NCBI GenBank assembly: GCA_951406725.2
Contig: OX597816.1
Coordinates: 107,322,001 to 107,386,000 of the forward strand
Origin: Octopus vulgaris
Taxonomy: Eukaryota
Direction: 5' to 3'
DNA length: 64,000 nt
Part shown: piece after piece, positions 1-12,363 of the stretch
Position numbering within the stretch: position 1 is the stretch's first letter
Layout of the letters: every line of letters starts with the position of its first letter
Notes under the pieces: generated by a model
The model's database searches: none
What the model was told of the DNA's origin: nothing
What the model saw: only the letters and a program-made list of their open reading frames with translations
Position numbers and translations under genes: made by a program

Positions 1-122
1 TGTACTCATTAATAGTGAATAACAGCAGGATTTAGCTACATAAAATGAAATTGCTTATGAACCCCCTAATCTGGAGATATATGTATTGATTATGGCTAGT
101 ATCTATGGAATTGCCTGTTGGC

Positions 123-194
123 GACATCTGTGAGGAATCCATGTTTTTCAGAGTATATGCTGTAGAATCTTCTCATGAGAAAGTATGTCATGTC
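123..194 (+). ncRNA. Degenerate type I hammerhead ribozyme relic (Penelope-type)
   Basis: GACAT(123-127)-CTGTGA...GAAA-GTAT-GTC-ATGTC(190-194). Stem I GACAT/ATGTC pairs over 5 bp. Both core segments are one base short of CUGANGA and GAAAC-N4-GUC. Confidence 0.3.
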
Positions 195-527
195 CTGTTT
201 AGATTTCATATTTATTCAGATGTGGATGTCTATCTAAGAAATCAGCTTTGCAACCATGTCACTCTAGTTTTGATTCCAGTGTGCCAGAGCTTGGGCAAGT
301 GGCCTCTACCACAGCCTCAGTTTAACCAATACTTTGTAAACAGAATTTAATAGATGAAAACTGTTTGAAATGAATAATTGATCTATATGGAACATCACAT
401 ACTTTCTGATGAGGAGATTATGTAGCAGATATTTAGAAAAATATAGAGCATTATTGGTATTCCATTCATGCCTGCACCCTTATAAAGTTTCTGAAGTTAA
501 TTTGTGATACCATATTTATTCACTTAA

Positions 528-743
528 CCCTTTCATTTCCAACCTGGCTGAAACTGCCTCTGTAGTACAAATGTCTTGTTTTCATAAGTTTTGAATTAAA
601 ATCTTCCACCAAACCTTAGTCACAATTTATGTTCCTAACACTAGCTGAATGGTAACTAAGTTATTTTTTCTAAATTCTTTGTTATATTTAAAGTAATTGC
701 AAGAAATACAGAAGATCCCAAAATAATTACAGTAACGAATGGG
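528..743. mobile_element. piggyBac-type MITE
   Basis: TTAA at 524-527 and 744-747. Termini CCCTTTCATTTCC...GTAACGAATGGG resemble the TIR of the 12364-13446 element. Confidence 0.8.
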
Positions 744-1818
744 TTAAACCACCTATTATTAACAGTGACATCCTGGGACAAATTCTCGTGTGTTTACTTT
801 GTATGAGAAAAGGAGTTTAGTCAGATTTATTATAATTGCTGTATAAACTACACTCTAGAAGTTCAAACATCTTAAACAAAGCAAAAAACAAATTTGAAAA
901 TGATCTTGGAATTTTACCAGTAAGTTATAAATGTGCATCTGCTGTAAAGTCAGCATTGTGGAAATCACATAATCAGAAGTTTTCTAGAAAATCAATTTGA
1001 TTTAAATAATAATAGTGTACTCAACTAAGTTTATGTTACTGTTCAGTTTAATATATTTCATTTAAGTATGGATTTTATTTTTTAAAAAAATTTCTAACTT
1101 TATTATGCATTTTTTAAAAGCCAATCTTTGGATGATTTTTATGTTTGAATGCCAGTGATGGTTTGTTATTTGTTCATTTGCTCAGCATCTAACAATATTC
1201 ACCATTGACTCAATAAGTTAATCTTCCAAAATACTTTACATCTATCATGCTGCATCCCATGATTTCAGCATACCCTGGCTGAGGTGGTTACATGCTATTT
1301 AACCTCTAGCTGGGGCCCTCACAGGTGCTACTACTCTAGGTAAGAGTAAACCTGGGAGCAATCATGGTCAATAAGTGATTCCACACTCCTCAAAACCCTG
1401 GAACTCTCAAACCAGGGCCCCGCAAATAAAAGATGTAGTTTAAAGTTTACCTAAGTAAAATAGAACACAATCTTGATTGATACAAGGCTTTCAATGTAGA
1501 CTTACTTATGAAACATTATGAACATTATCAGGAGATTATGTTACATTATAGTAGTGATTTAAACTCTATTTAGCTTGGATAATATCTTAATTCCAGTCAT
1601 GCTGTTCTGAATATGGACATGATCTTGCTACGTCTTGTGCATAATATGTGTCTAATTTTCAAGTTTAAAAATCTGGAAAAAAGTGTGTGCAATATACAGT
1701 CAAGTTAAAATTACTTTTCTCTTGTTTAGATTTACAGAAGTGAGAAAATGTGTACTAATTATTCAAGATATAATTCTTGAATAATGGATTAAACTCTGAA
1801 CTGAGTTCCCTAATTGTT

Positions 1819-1862
<44 letters not shown>
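1819..1862. repeat. (ATC)n microsatellite
   Basis: Perfect ATC run. Confidence 0.95.
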
Positions 1863-2084
1863 TTCACTTCTCAGAACACTCAGTTCTTACTTGCTCAGAC
1901 TGATTCTTTGAGAGTAGACAGCAACCTGTTGTCAGAGGTTCACAGGGTCTCTTTCCACTAATTATAAGCTTTGGCACATGAATGTTAACTTATTGTTTGT
2001 ATATCCTTGTAAAAAGGAGTGTCGCCATAATACAAGCAGTGTCCTTCATTTCTAATCTTCCATGGAAACATGTCCAGCCAAAGA

Positions 2085-2225
2085 ATATAAATATTACCTT
2101 GCTTGGAAACAAGTGGGGGTTGGCATCAGGAATGGTGCCTGGCCATAGAAAATCCCCCTCAACGAATTCTATCCAACCCATGCATGCAAAGTAAAGTAGA
2201 CATTAAAATGATGATGATGATGATA
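2085..2225 (+). mobile_element. RTE-type 3' end / SINE fragment with (GAT)n tail
   Basis: GTTGGCATCAGGAA...CCAACCCATGC...GACATTAAAATGATGATG, shared with many copies in the window. Confidence 0.65.
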
Positions 2226-2301
2226 ACTCCCTACAGTCTTACATATATTAATTAGTGTGTTAATGTTAATAAAATCATTATCTTTTCTTTACTTTGTACA
2301 G

Positions 2302-2345
2302 GCTTTGTTCGAGCCAATTATCGTCGACAGAAAGCTGAAATGCAG
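2302..2345 (+). CDS. Candidate internal coding exon of an unidentified host gene
   Basis: Polypyrimidine acceptor TCTTTTCTTTACTTTGTACAG and donor CAG|GTAAAT. The 44 nt are CpG-containing and unique, open as (G)FVRANYRRQKAEMQ or ALFEPIIVDRKLKC. Confidence 0.55.
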
Positions 2346-2827
2346 GTAAATTACTCTAGGCTTAGTTAAAAGGAGCTTGAAACTCACATGAAATATACAT
2401 ATAACCAGATATTCATTATTGACGTCGTTAACCCTAACACCATATATTGATTTGTTTTGCAAAGAAACTTTTTACTGCTTCTGTCCTTATTGCTTACAGT
2501 GTTTGCATCCGTGTGTAAATAACAGCTTTTGTAGCTACCGTTACAGTTTTATTTGTTGTGAATCTGCTCATCACCCAAACAGCTTGTAAAATTATGTGCA
2601 ACATTGCTTTCTGTAAAAAAAAAAAATGCTTGTAAAATTGCTTCAAAATTTGTGAAATATTTCTATTTTATACATACATACATATTTTTATTAATATTTA
2701 GTAGAAGTAACAGAGTGACTCAAGGCTGAGAGTTTTGTGCATTGGCGCTTAAATGCCAATGCACGAAACTCTCGGACCTTGAGTCACTCTATTACCTCTG
2801 CTCTTTTTTTCTATTTTCACCAACATA

Positions 2828-2875
<48 letters not shown>

Positions 2876-3177
2876 TATGTATGTACATGTATCTGTATCT
2901 GAGCATTTGTGTATCAGTGTATTTTGTTTTTGCATGAGTAGTATGGTAGTTTTAATGAAATTGTGCCTTCTCTATCTTTTATCAAGTCTTAAAAGCAAGA
3001 TATGTTTTAAGGAATTTTTGATACTGAATTTCAGTGTTTGTTTTTGCTGTATTTTGGGGGTTTTATTTTTTGACAAGCTCAAAAAGTTTTTTATTATCTA
3101 GGAGGAATAGGATTCTTCCACAAAAGGATTTAAAGCAAAATATGTATTTTAGATGATATATCACTAAGAAGGACATA

Positions 3178-3497
3178 CCATATTTGATGGCCTATAGATG
3201 GCACCCTAGCCTAGGCTATACTTTTGTAAAATAAATTACCACTAAAATAATGTTTTAATTCCCCCACTTAACTGTATATAACTTTGTTATTACTGGTAAT
3301 TATAAGCAATTTATTGCATCCATATTCGATATAAACATACTGTAGGTGATTGTTCACCAATAGATGGCAGCACACGTTTTGTAAACATAATACCGTTTTG
3401 AGCGAGTTTTGAGCTTACATTGAGGGCATTGGATGCAGGAGGATTTTTAAAGCCCTTTTTGTGTAAAAAAGGTGCATCTTATAGGGCATCAAATGAA
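3178..3497. mobile_element. pogo/Tigger-like non-autonomous element
   Basis: Left end TA|CCATATTTGATGGCCTATAGATGGCACC matches the reverse complement of right-end GGTGCATCTTATAGGGCATCAAAT. Confidence 0.6.
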
Positions 3498-3912
3498 AAG
3501 TTTGAAAGAAATTTGATTAGGCTTTTAGATGTCTAAACCTCTATTGGTCAGCTCAGATCAATGTGGTTTTAATACTGTCAAAGCAACACCAGTTATTTTC
3601 CTTATTTTGAAGTCCACTTCTTCAGACAGGATGTTGGCAGAGTGTTGACAGGGTGATGGCACCCTTTGGCTGTCTGCTATAGTACAGTATATTCAGTGTC
3701 ATCAAGCCAGATTCAATTTTTTTCAAACCCCTTACTCTACCTTTGAACATCGGATGATATGGACAGTTCTTACTTGGCCACAAGAATTCAAATCATGTGG
3801 AGCTGACTCAAAACCGTTATTATATATAAGAATCTTTAAGCATATATGTTACGTGCTACATTCTTCCACTTGTAAACTCATTCATATATATATATATATA
3901 TACATATATATG

Positions 3913-4253
3913 TGACCCCCTTCGGTCAGACACTGACCATGGGCTTGCACCTTGAGAGTTACCCTCTGAGGCACAAGTCTGGGCAAGGTTGTTTTTTTTA
4001 TGGAAGACCAGCAGTCGCCCATGCATACCGGCCTCCCCTCTCCATGTCACCGATGTTGTCCAAGGGAAAGGCAAGGGCCGATACAGCTTGGCACCTGTGA
4101 CGTCGCAACTCATTTCTACAGCTGAGTGAACTGGAGCAACCTGAAATAAAGTGTCTTACTCAAGAACACAACACGCAGCCCGGTCCGGGATTCGAGCTCA
4201 CAACCTCACAATCGTAAGCTTGACGCTCTAACCACTGAGCCACGCGCCTTCAC
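3913..4253 (-). mobile_element. tRNA-derived SINE
   Basis: Minus-strand head GGCGCGTGGCTCAGTGGTTAGAGCG (A box) and GCTCGAATCCCGG (B box-like). Inserted in (TA)n. Confidence 0.85.
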
Positions 4254-4438
4254 TATATATATATATATATATATATAGGCAAATAAGAAAATGGAGAGGA
4301 TAACCAATCAGTAAACATCAGCTTGTAAACATTCATTTGGATTTATTTATTAATTAATTACAATCATATGTATAAGTAATTAAAATAAATAAACAAGTAA
4401 ATAAATAAATAAGAATAAATGAATGAAAAATACTAAAC

Positions 4439-4581
4439 ATTTACAGCTGTTTCTACTTTGAGGGTGTCCAACTTGCCAAGGCTTCCACATCGTACCAGTA
4501 ATATACAGGGATTGTACAAAGGTTGAATAAACATTGGACAGGGGTTGAACAATAATTGAGCCCCAAAGCTTCTTCATAGAG
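4439..4581 (-). ncRNA. Degenerate long-stem-II hammerhead ribozyme motif
   Basis: Minus strand ATGAAGA-AGCTTTGGGG...CCTCAAAGTA-GAAAC-AGCT-GTA. The 3' core is identical to that of the 12326-13529 motif, the first core C is A, and stem I is poor. Confidence 0.45.
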
Positions 4582-6096
4582 TCCATAATGTTAGGAATCT
4601 AACACGTGAGGAAGTAAGATTAAATAATAAAATAGAATACTAAAATAATAAAAATAGTAAGGAATGCCACAACAACAGAGAAAAGGAAAACAACAGAACC
4701 CTCATGAAAATGTATGTTTGAATGTATGTGTGTGTGTTTGTGTGTGTAAGTAATAATGTATATAAAGAAGTTATTGTCTAGGTCAAATTCCTTCTTTCAA
4801 TGCATGACTGAACAATGACACTTGCAGTTAAAGGCACCCCCCCTACACACACAGCTACTTCTAAACTTAATTATTCCAGTGAAGCATTGAAAACTGGTCT
4901 TATTTTATGAAACAAGTAAGTAAAAATATGTTTCAAGAATGTAAATTTTGAATTTAGTTTTATAAAATTACATCCCTAATCAGCTAAAACTATTTTTGTC
5001 TCTGCTTTAGAATTATTACATATATGTTTTAATGTTTTTCATTAAATCAAACCTTTTGTCTTGAAAAACAGACTTTCGGAATAGCTGTTTGAATTTCCCT
5101 ATTTTTGTTGGAATTTTCTCCTTTTTATCTTTCATGCATTGCAAAGCAATGAAGGGAAGCCAATTTAAAAGAAGAATTTTTTAAATCCATGACTTTTACC
5201 TGTTGTTATCTCCTCCCTCCCACCCCCCACCATCTCAGAGAGACACACACACTCATGCTTATGGAACAGCAACAACCACTATAGTGAATTGTTCTCTTTT
5301 TCATAATTTTCTTTCATTTTATCGTATTCCATACTCTGAAACACTTGTAGCTCACATTAAAACACAAAAAATGTTACCCCATCTCCCCTCCTCCATTGTA
5401 CTTTTCACAATGAAGGAAAAGTCAAACACCTCAAGTGGATGTGTAAAAAATGAAATTTAAATTTTGAAAGGTGTATCTATAAAGCAACATTTTCAGTCAT
5501 TTATTTAAACTTTCTTTGCTAACTCCTCAAATTCAATTACATGAAATGGATGGGTTTTGAGATTTAAATTTGGTAATTTTCCAAGATTTTAATTCTTGTG
5601 TATGAGGGACCCACTGAAATTGAAGTGCTCCAGTCCCCCATAGTTTAAATTCAGTCCTAATTTAGAGGCAAATGATAAAGTATAAAATCAAATATTAATC
5701 AAATTTTGTCATAAGTAACCATTAGTATGAAATCTTTTGGAGCATTGAGCACTCTTTTGTCTGTTATATAAAGTGGTATTAAAAGATCTGTTGGTAAACA
5801 TGTGTGTATATGTGTGTGTGTGTGTGTCTGTGTATGAATGTATGCGTATATATATGTATATGTGTGTGTGGGGGGAGGGGTAATCCATAATTAAGACTTT
5901 ATTGCCTGTAATGAATTCTTTCTTAATGACACAGTTATAATTACACAAGAAACTTCAAAGAATTTTAGCATCGTCTTCATAGTTCTACAAATTATATCTG
6001 CTTCCATGAGATGCAAATGAAATTACATTTAGCCTTGTCTTTGTAACTTTACTATCTGTTCTCTCTTCTCTCTTTTTTACTCTCTGTATATATGTA

Positions 6097-6157
<61 letters not shown>

Positions 6158-6441
6158 TTAGCTATGTATTTATTTATCATTCAACACCTCTTTCTATCAT
6201 TTTTATATGTGTTTATGTTTATGGTGCAAACCACTTATTATATTCAAGTTATTGTTACCATAATTAGTACTTCCTAGACATGCTCAAGATATTGTTATAT
6301 TCACTGCTTAATATTATTAGTTAGTTAATGTTATCTAAATCGCTTTGTTCAAAAATTATCATAATCAGTAGCTTCCAATGTGCATACACACATGTGCATG
6401 CACACAAACACATAATGCATTAAGATGTTAATTTCTGAAAT

Positions 6442-7669
6442 TTTGCATGTGTAATCATTTATATCTCTATAGAGTAAGTGGCAAATTACAACTCTGAATT
6501 AATTGTGGTTTCTGATTTACAGGTGTTTGAACCGAGTCAAGTGTGAAATGGAGCCTGTTGAGTGTCGAGCAGTGATCTGGTTTTTGTATTTGAAAGGACG
6601 CACACCACGGGAGACTTTTGATGAAATGAAAGTAACTTATGGTGATGATGCCCCATCATATGACCTTGTAAAACGCTGGCATTGTGAATTCAAACATGGT
6701 CGGAACTCTGTGGAAAGAGCTCCCAGATCTGGTTGCCCCTTCTGCCATTGATGAGGCATCTGTCCGTCAAGTTGAGGCTGCCATTTTGGAAGATCGACGC
6801 ATAATTATTCGCCAAATAGCCCATGAGGTCAAGATTAGTACTGGGTCTGTGGAAACTATCATTCATGACCATTTGCATATGCAAAAGGTGTCTGCCAGAT
6901 GGATTCCCAGGTTGCTCACGCCTTTCCAGAAGAAAGAACGCGTCGAGTGCTCGAGGGTGAATTTGGAGATGTGCCAAGAAGATGAGTCAAAATTTTCAAA
7001 AGACTGATTACACAGGATGAAACCTGGGTCCATCACGATGATCCAGAGACCAAAGCCCAGTCAATGCAGTGGAAGCACCGTGACTCACCCCCTCCAAAGA
7101 AGGCAAGGGTGCAGCCCTCTGCTGGCAAGGTCATGCTCACAGTCTTCTGGGACCAGGACGGAGTAGTGATGACAGATTTCCTGGCAAAGGGTACCACAAT
7201 TGCAGGAGCCTATTATGCTTCACTTTTGAGGAAATTAAGAGAAGTTATCAAAATCAAGAGGCGGGGCAAGATCAGCAAAGGCATCCTCCTCCTGCAGGAC
7301 AACGCTCCAGTTCACAACTCGCTTGTCGCCAGATCAGAAGCACAGGCGTATGGCTATGAACTCCTCCCTCATCCCCCTACTTTCCTGACCTTGCACCCTC
7401 TGATTTTCACCTCTTCCCAGTCATGAAGTTGTTTTTGAAAGGAAAGCGTTTACCAGATGATGCAGCCTTGATTTCTGAAGTCACGTTCAGGTTGGAGGAC
7501 CAAGCTGGGGTCTTCTACAAAAACGGTCTCCAGAGCTGCATCAAGCAATGGGAGAAATGCGTAACTCTGGGTGGTTCCTATGTTGAAAAAGACTAATAAC
7601 TGTGCCAAGTTTCGTTGCTCTACTGCTATGGGAAGTGGGTCAGGGGCATTACTTATTGAACGTCCCTCG
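6442..7669 (+). mobile_element. mariner (DD34D) element, left TIR missing
   Basis: Right TIR ...TTACTTATTGAACGTCCCTCG|TA and an internal transposase. Flanked by a 29-bp direct repeat (6413-6441, 7670-7698). Confidence 0.9.
6548..7596 (+). pseudogene. mariner transposase pseudogene (about 3 frameshifts)
   Basis: MEPVECRAVIWFL, WIPRLL, ITQDETWVH, LLQDNAPVH, HPP..PDLAPSDFHLF and C-terminal GSYVEKD* across ORFs 6503, 6684 and 7064. Confidence 0.93.
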
Positions 7670-7795
7670 TAATGCATTAAGATGTTAATTTCTGAAATGG
7701 GGACAGAGAATTCAATACATACAAAATATATGGTCTATTTAAGCAAAATTCATTTCTTGTGACTCAAGTTTCATGCAATCACAATCATCAGGCAA

Positions 7796-7869
<74 letters not shown>

Positions 7870-8004
7870 AAAACATTCAAACATTAAGGTTTGAAATAAG
7901 ATGTCACTATTGTTAATATCATCTGTGGATAAAATTTAAAATTGATGGTATCAACTGTAATGACATAGGTGGTTCACAGGCAAAAAACATTATTTAGCTA
8001 TAAA

Positions 8005-8203
8005 TTACAAATCAGCATGAAGTGTAAGGATGCAGAAAAGCATCAACCTGCTAGAAATAAGAGCTAAAGTCTTAATTAAACCACCATAAAGCACCAAGAT
8101 AACAGATGTTTTGGTGCTTTACAGTGGTTTAATTAAAACTTTAGCACTTGTTTCTAGCAGATTGATGCTTTTTTGCATCTTTATACTGTATGCTGATTTG
8201 TTA
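8005..8203. repeat. Long imperfect palindrome (about 95-bp arms)
   Basis: ACAAATCAGCATGAAGTGTAAGGATGCAGAAAAGCATCAACCTGCTAGAAATAAG...GCACCAAGAT is mirrored by GTTTTGGTGC...TTTCTAGCAGATTGATGC...GCTGATTTGT. Confidence 0.9.
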
Positions 8204-8329
8204 TATATATATATATATATTTATACATATATATATGTACATATGCATGTATGTATAGTGCAGGAGAAAGTGAGAAAGACAGATTGATTGACAGAGATGT
8301 AGATGTAGATTTAAATACATACACATATT

Positions 8330-8500
8330 CTTTTATTTTACCTCCTTCAGTCATTTGACTGCAGTCATACTGGAGCACCACCTTGAAGGCTTTCATTTGA
8401 AGAAATCAACTCCAAGGCTATAGTAAAAACACTTGCACAAAGTGCCATGCAGTGGGACTTAACCTTGGACCATGTGGCTGGGAAGCAAGTTTCCTACCAT
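8330..8500 (-). mobile_element. Internally deleted SINE (same family as 21985-22390)
   Basis: CAGTCATTTGACTGCAG tail and GCAGTGGGACTTAACC...CCATGTGG head segments. Confidence 0.65.
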
Positions 8501-8503
8501 ATA

Positions 8504-9272
8504 TCATCATCATCATCATCATCGTTTAACATCCGTTCTCCATGCTAGCATGGGTTGGATGGTTCGACCGGGGATCTGGGAAGCCAGAAGGCTGCACCAG
8601 GCTCCAGTCTCATCCTGCAGTGTTTCTACAGCTGGATGCCCTTCCTAACGCCAACCACTCCATGAGTGTAGTGGGTGCTTTTTACGTGCTACCGGCACAG
8701 GTGCCAGGCGAGGCTGGCAACGGCCATGATTGGATTGGTGCTTTTTATGTGCCACCGGCATGGAAGCCAGTCAAAGCGGAGCTGGCATCGGCCACATTCG
8801 GATGGTGCTTTTTACGTGCCACCAGCACAGAAGCCAGTCTAGGCGGCGCTGGCATCGGCCACGTTCAGATGGTGCTTTTTACGTGCCACCGGCACAGGGA
8901 TCACAACTGCAGTTTCCATTGATTTTTGATGTTGGTGTACTTGACTCAATGGATCTCCTCAATCACAGGGTCGAAACGGTGTTTCTTTACTTGCACCTGC
9001 ACACAAGTCAGTCCAGCAGCCCTGGCAACTGCCGGGTGCCAGTCATAGGTTGGTTCAATTTTGATTCCGATTTCACTTGCCCCAACAGGTCTTCGCAAGC
9101 AGAGTTTAGTGTCCAATGAAGGGAGGTTGGCATGGGTGCCTGTCGTCAGATGAGGTCCGATTTCGAGTTCGCTTGCCTCAACAAGTCTTCGTGTGTCCAA
9201 GGGAAGGAAAGGCATGCATAAGTGGGCTGGCTGGGATGGACTCACTTGTCCTGCCGGGTCTTCTCATGCACA

Positions 9273-9273
<1 letters not shown>
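8504..9273 (-). mobile_element. RTE-type 3' region with (ATC)n tail and internal ~60-bp tandem repeats
   Basis: (ATC)n-GTTTAACATCCG...CCATGCTAGCATGGGTTGG. Four copies of GGTGCTTTTTACGTGCCACCGGCAC at about 8674-8896. Confidence 0.8.
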
Positions 9274-9311
<38 letters not shown>

Positions 9312-10069
9312 CACACATGAATGTTATTGCTTTTACATTTCACATAAAAATTTGATCTGTTATCTATTCATTGTATATGAGTCTTGACTTGTGCTGCATC
9401 ATTTGAAAGCACTTATTGAAAATCTCAGTAAATTTCTGCATCATTCAATCACTAATCAATTGGTTATCTATCACTGTGTACATATTTATACACATCTCCA
9501 TCATTGTCTACTGTATGGAAAATATAATAAGCATGGTGGAAAACTTCTAAATGGAATTTATTATATATCCGATATGACAGTATTGGTGTTGGTTCTTATT
9601 TGTTTGTTGTCATTTATTACGACCATTCTCAAGATATAAATTATATTAGTTTCCTAAGTCTTATGTATGTAGAAGACCTCCCTCTATATTATTCCCATGG
9701 TGATTGAGTGGGTGTGTGTAAATATGTGTTGCTTATGTATATATGTATATGCAGCATATATGTATATCTTTATCCTATACATGTGTATAAAGTACATATC
9801 TATAGCATTTCATGTATATCCCATATATACGTGTGTATGTATGTGTATTATATATAATAGTTTACGCCACTCTCTTTAGCCTACTCTTTGTCTCACCTGC
9901 TCTCTTTATCTTACTCAGCCTCCTTTCTTTTTTAACTGGAATATTTATGTATCTGTTCTACAACAGGACAACTATCCTTGTCCCTCTATACCTCTAATCT
10001 GTCATCAGCTGGCACAAATCCACCATCCCACTCCCTACTAGTCCCTTTTCCCTGTTGAGGTAGTCTTTG

Positions 10070-10270
10070 TCTTGAGTGACCCTATTGGGGTAAAAAGCAC
10101 CCCAGTACACTCTGTAGAGTGGTTGGCATTAGAAAAGGCATCCAGCCAATAGAAACCATGTTAAAACAGACAATGGGGCCTGATGCAGCTTCTGACCTTA
10201 TTAGCACCTGTTAAACCATCCAACCCATGTCACCATGCAAAATAGACATTAAATGATGGTGATGAGGATA
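10070..10270 (+). mobile_element. RTE-type 3' end fragment
   Basis: GTGGTTGGCATTAGAAAAGGCATCCAGC...CCAACCCATG...GACATTAAATGATG. Confidence 0.7.
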
Positions 10271-10386
10271 ATGAGCCTCATGGAAGAGATGACAATGGAC
10301 CAAGATGTCTGGGGATATGAGGTTCTTGAGAAGACCTGTCCACCTCAGTGAAACTGAGTTCTGGAAGCCCTGTGTGTTTTACCCAC

Positions 10387-10660
10387 ATCATCATCATCGT
10401 TTAACATCCGTTTTCCATGCTAGCATGGGTTGGAGGGTTCGACTGGGGTCTGGGAAGCCAGGAGGCTGCAGTCTGATCTAGCAGTGTTTCTACAGCTGGA
10501 TGCCCTTCCTAACACCAACCACTCCATGAGTGTAGTGGGTGCTTTTTACGTGCCACTGGCACAGGTGACAGGGGACGCTGGCAACAGCCACGATTGGTTG
10601 GTGCTTTTCATATGCCACCGGCATGGAAGCCAATCAAGGCGGCGCTGGCATCGACCATGT
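10387..10660 (-). mobile_element. RTE-type 3' end fragment
   Basis: Near copy of 8504-8790. Confidence 0.8.
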
Positions 10661-10999
10661 TCAGCCACATGTAACATTAAAATCTTTCACAAACCCTACT
10701 GCAGTAAATCAAACTACGTCTTGCCCTTCTTCTTACCCTCACTTTTTTCTTTTTCATGCCCTATGTTTATCTCTGGCTCTCCACTCCTACAGCCCAATCC
10801 TGTTCTCACTGCCCTGCCCACTGTGTTCTTGCTATTCTTTGTCCCCACTTCCATACACCCAGGTTTTACCATTCACTGCTTTCTTCCCTTTCCCTCTTCT
10901 TTGCATTTACATGAACTTCCTATTCATGCATCCTTCACAATGCTCTATTGTCCAGTATTTATTAGCATCTTTGTACCTTAAGAATATGCCCTGCCACGT

Positions 11000-11176
11000 C
11001 ACTGGTGCAATGTGTAGAACATTCAGTCCACTCTGTAAAGTGGTTGGCATCCAGCTATGTAAAACCATGCCAAAACAGACAGTTGAGCTTGGTGCAGTCT
11101 TCAGGCTTGCTAGCTCATGTCAAACTGTCCAACCCATATCAGCATGCAAAATGGACATTAAATGATGACAATAATG
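11000..11176 (+). mobile_element. RTE-type 3' end fragment
   Basis: CACTCTGTAAAGTGGTTGGCATCCAGC...GGACATTAAATGATG. Confidence 0.7.
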
Positions 11177-11195
11177 ATATATATATATATATATA

Positions 11196-11452
11196 GGATC
11201 GTGGTTTCGATTCCCAGACTGGGCGTTGTGTGTATTTATTGAGTGAAAACACCTAAAAGCTCCACAAGGCTCCGGCAGGAGGTGGTGGTGACCCCTATTG
11301 TACTCTTTCACCACAACTTTCTCTCACTCTCTCTTCCTGTTTCTGGAGTAACGCTGTGATGGACTGGCGTGCCGTCCAGCTGGGGGGAACACATACGCCA
11401 CAGAAACCGGGAAACCGGGCCCATGAGCCTGGCTAGGGTTGAGAAGGGCGAC
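11196..11452 (+). mobile_element. 5'-truncated tRNA-derived SINE (family of 22905-23200 and 49890-50190)
   Basis: GGTTTCGATTCCCAGACTGGGCG B box and body ending GGGCCCATGAGCCTGGCTAGG. Confidence 0.8.
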
Positions 11453-11989
11453 ATTTATCGTTTAATATATATATATATATGTAGACAGATAGACAGACAG
11501 ATAGATATGCTATACAGTATTTATGAATTTAGTCTCATAGTGGGCAATTCATGTTAATGGGTGGTTTCATGTTAAAGAAGCTTTCAAGCGTGGAAAAAAT
11601 CTGGTATGAATCTCAAAAATTCATTAACAAATGTGGGAAGATTATTTTGTTTTGTGTGTGTGTGCACATGTGCATACATGCACATGCACATGTGCCCTGT
11701 GGTGAGCTGTTTAAATCCACTTATGAATATCAGTTGTTTTTTGTTGATAAGGGATCTACCAGAAAAGTTGTGATGTAAATTTTGCCTTCAAGTCAGATGA
11801 TTGTTCACATGTGCTTACAATTTTAGCTTCTAATGAGTGTAAAAAAATGTGCAAGAGTCTTTACATATATCTGTGTATATATAAAACTGTATATATATAT
11901 ATCTGTTTGTATATATATATCTGTGTGCGTGTGTATATATATATATATACATGATATATGTATGTACCTATGGGTATGTTTGTACATAA

Positions 11990-12023
<34 letters not shown>

Positions 12024-12363
12024 ATATATATATATATATATATATGTATTCCTCATTTATATACCTTTTCATTCCTACATAACTACAATAATCTTAGAAT
12101 ATATTGATCATTTAAATTCCACTATTATTTGTGTTTTGATAATTTTTCTTCACTCTGTTTATACTTTATCTAATATGAATAATATAATACACTTGATAAT
12201 AGTAATAATTGATTCCTTTGTATACATATACATATAAATGTATAGATATATATTTATGTATGTGTAAAAGTGTGTATATATGTATGTATTTATATTTATA
12301 ACATAACTTTATGAACTTTCTAAACTCTCTGACGAAGCCCAGAGGCACACCCAAGTACCTTAA

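Noticed and set aside
4170-4253. tRNA gene (likewise the heads near 23200, 25330 and 50190)
   Set aside because: These tRNA-like A/B-box heads continue into multi-copy SINE bodies, with no complete cloverleaf.
6548-7596. Active or domesticated transposase gene
   Set aside because: Multiple frameshifts and a missing left TIR.
11823-12237. YIYI/CVCV/HTHT ORFs here and across the window
   Set aside because: Translations of (TA)n, (TG)n and (CA)n microsatellites.
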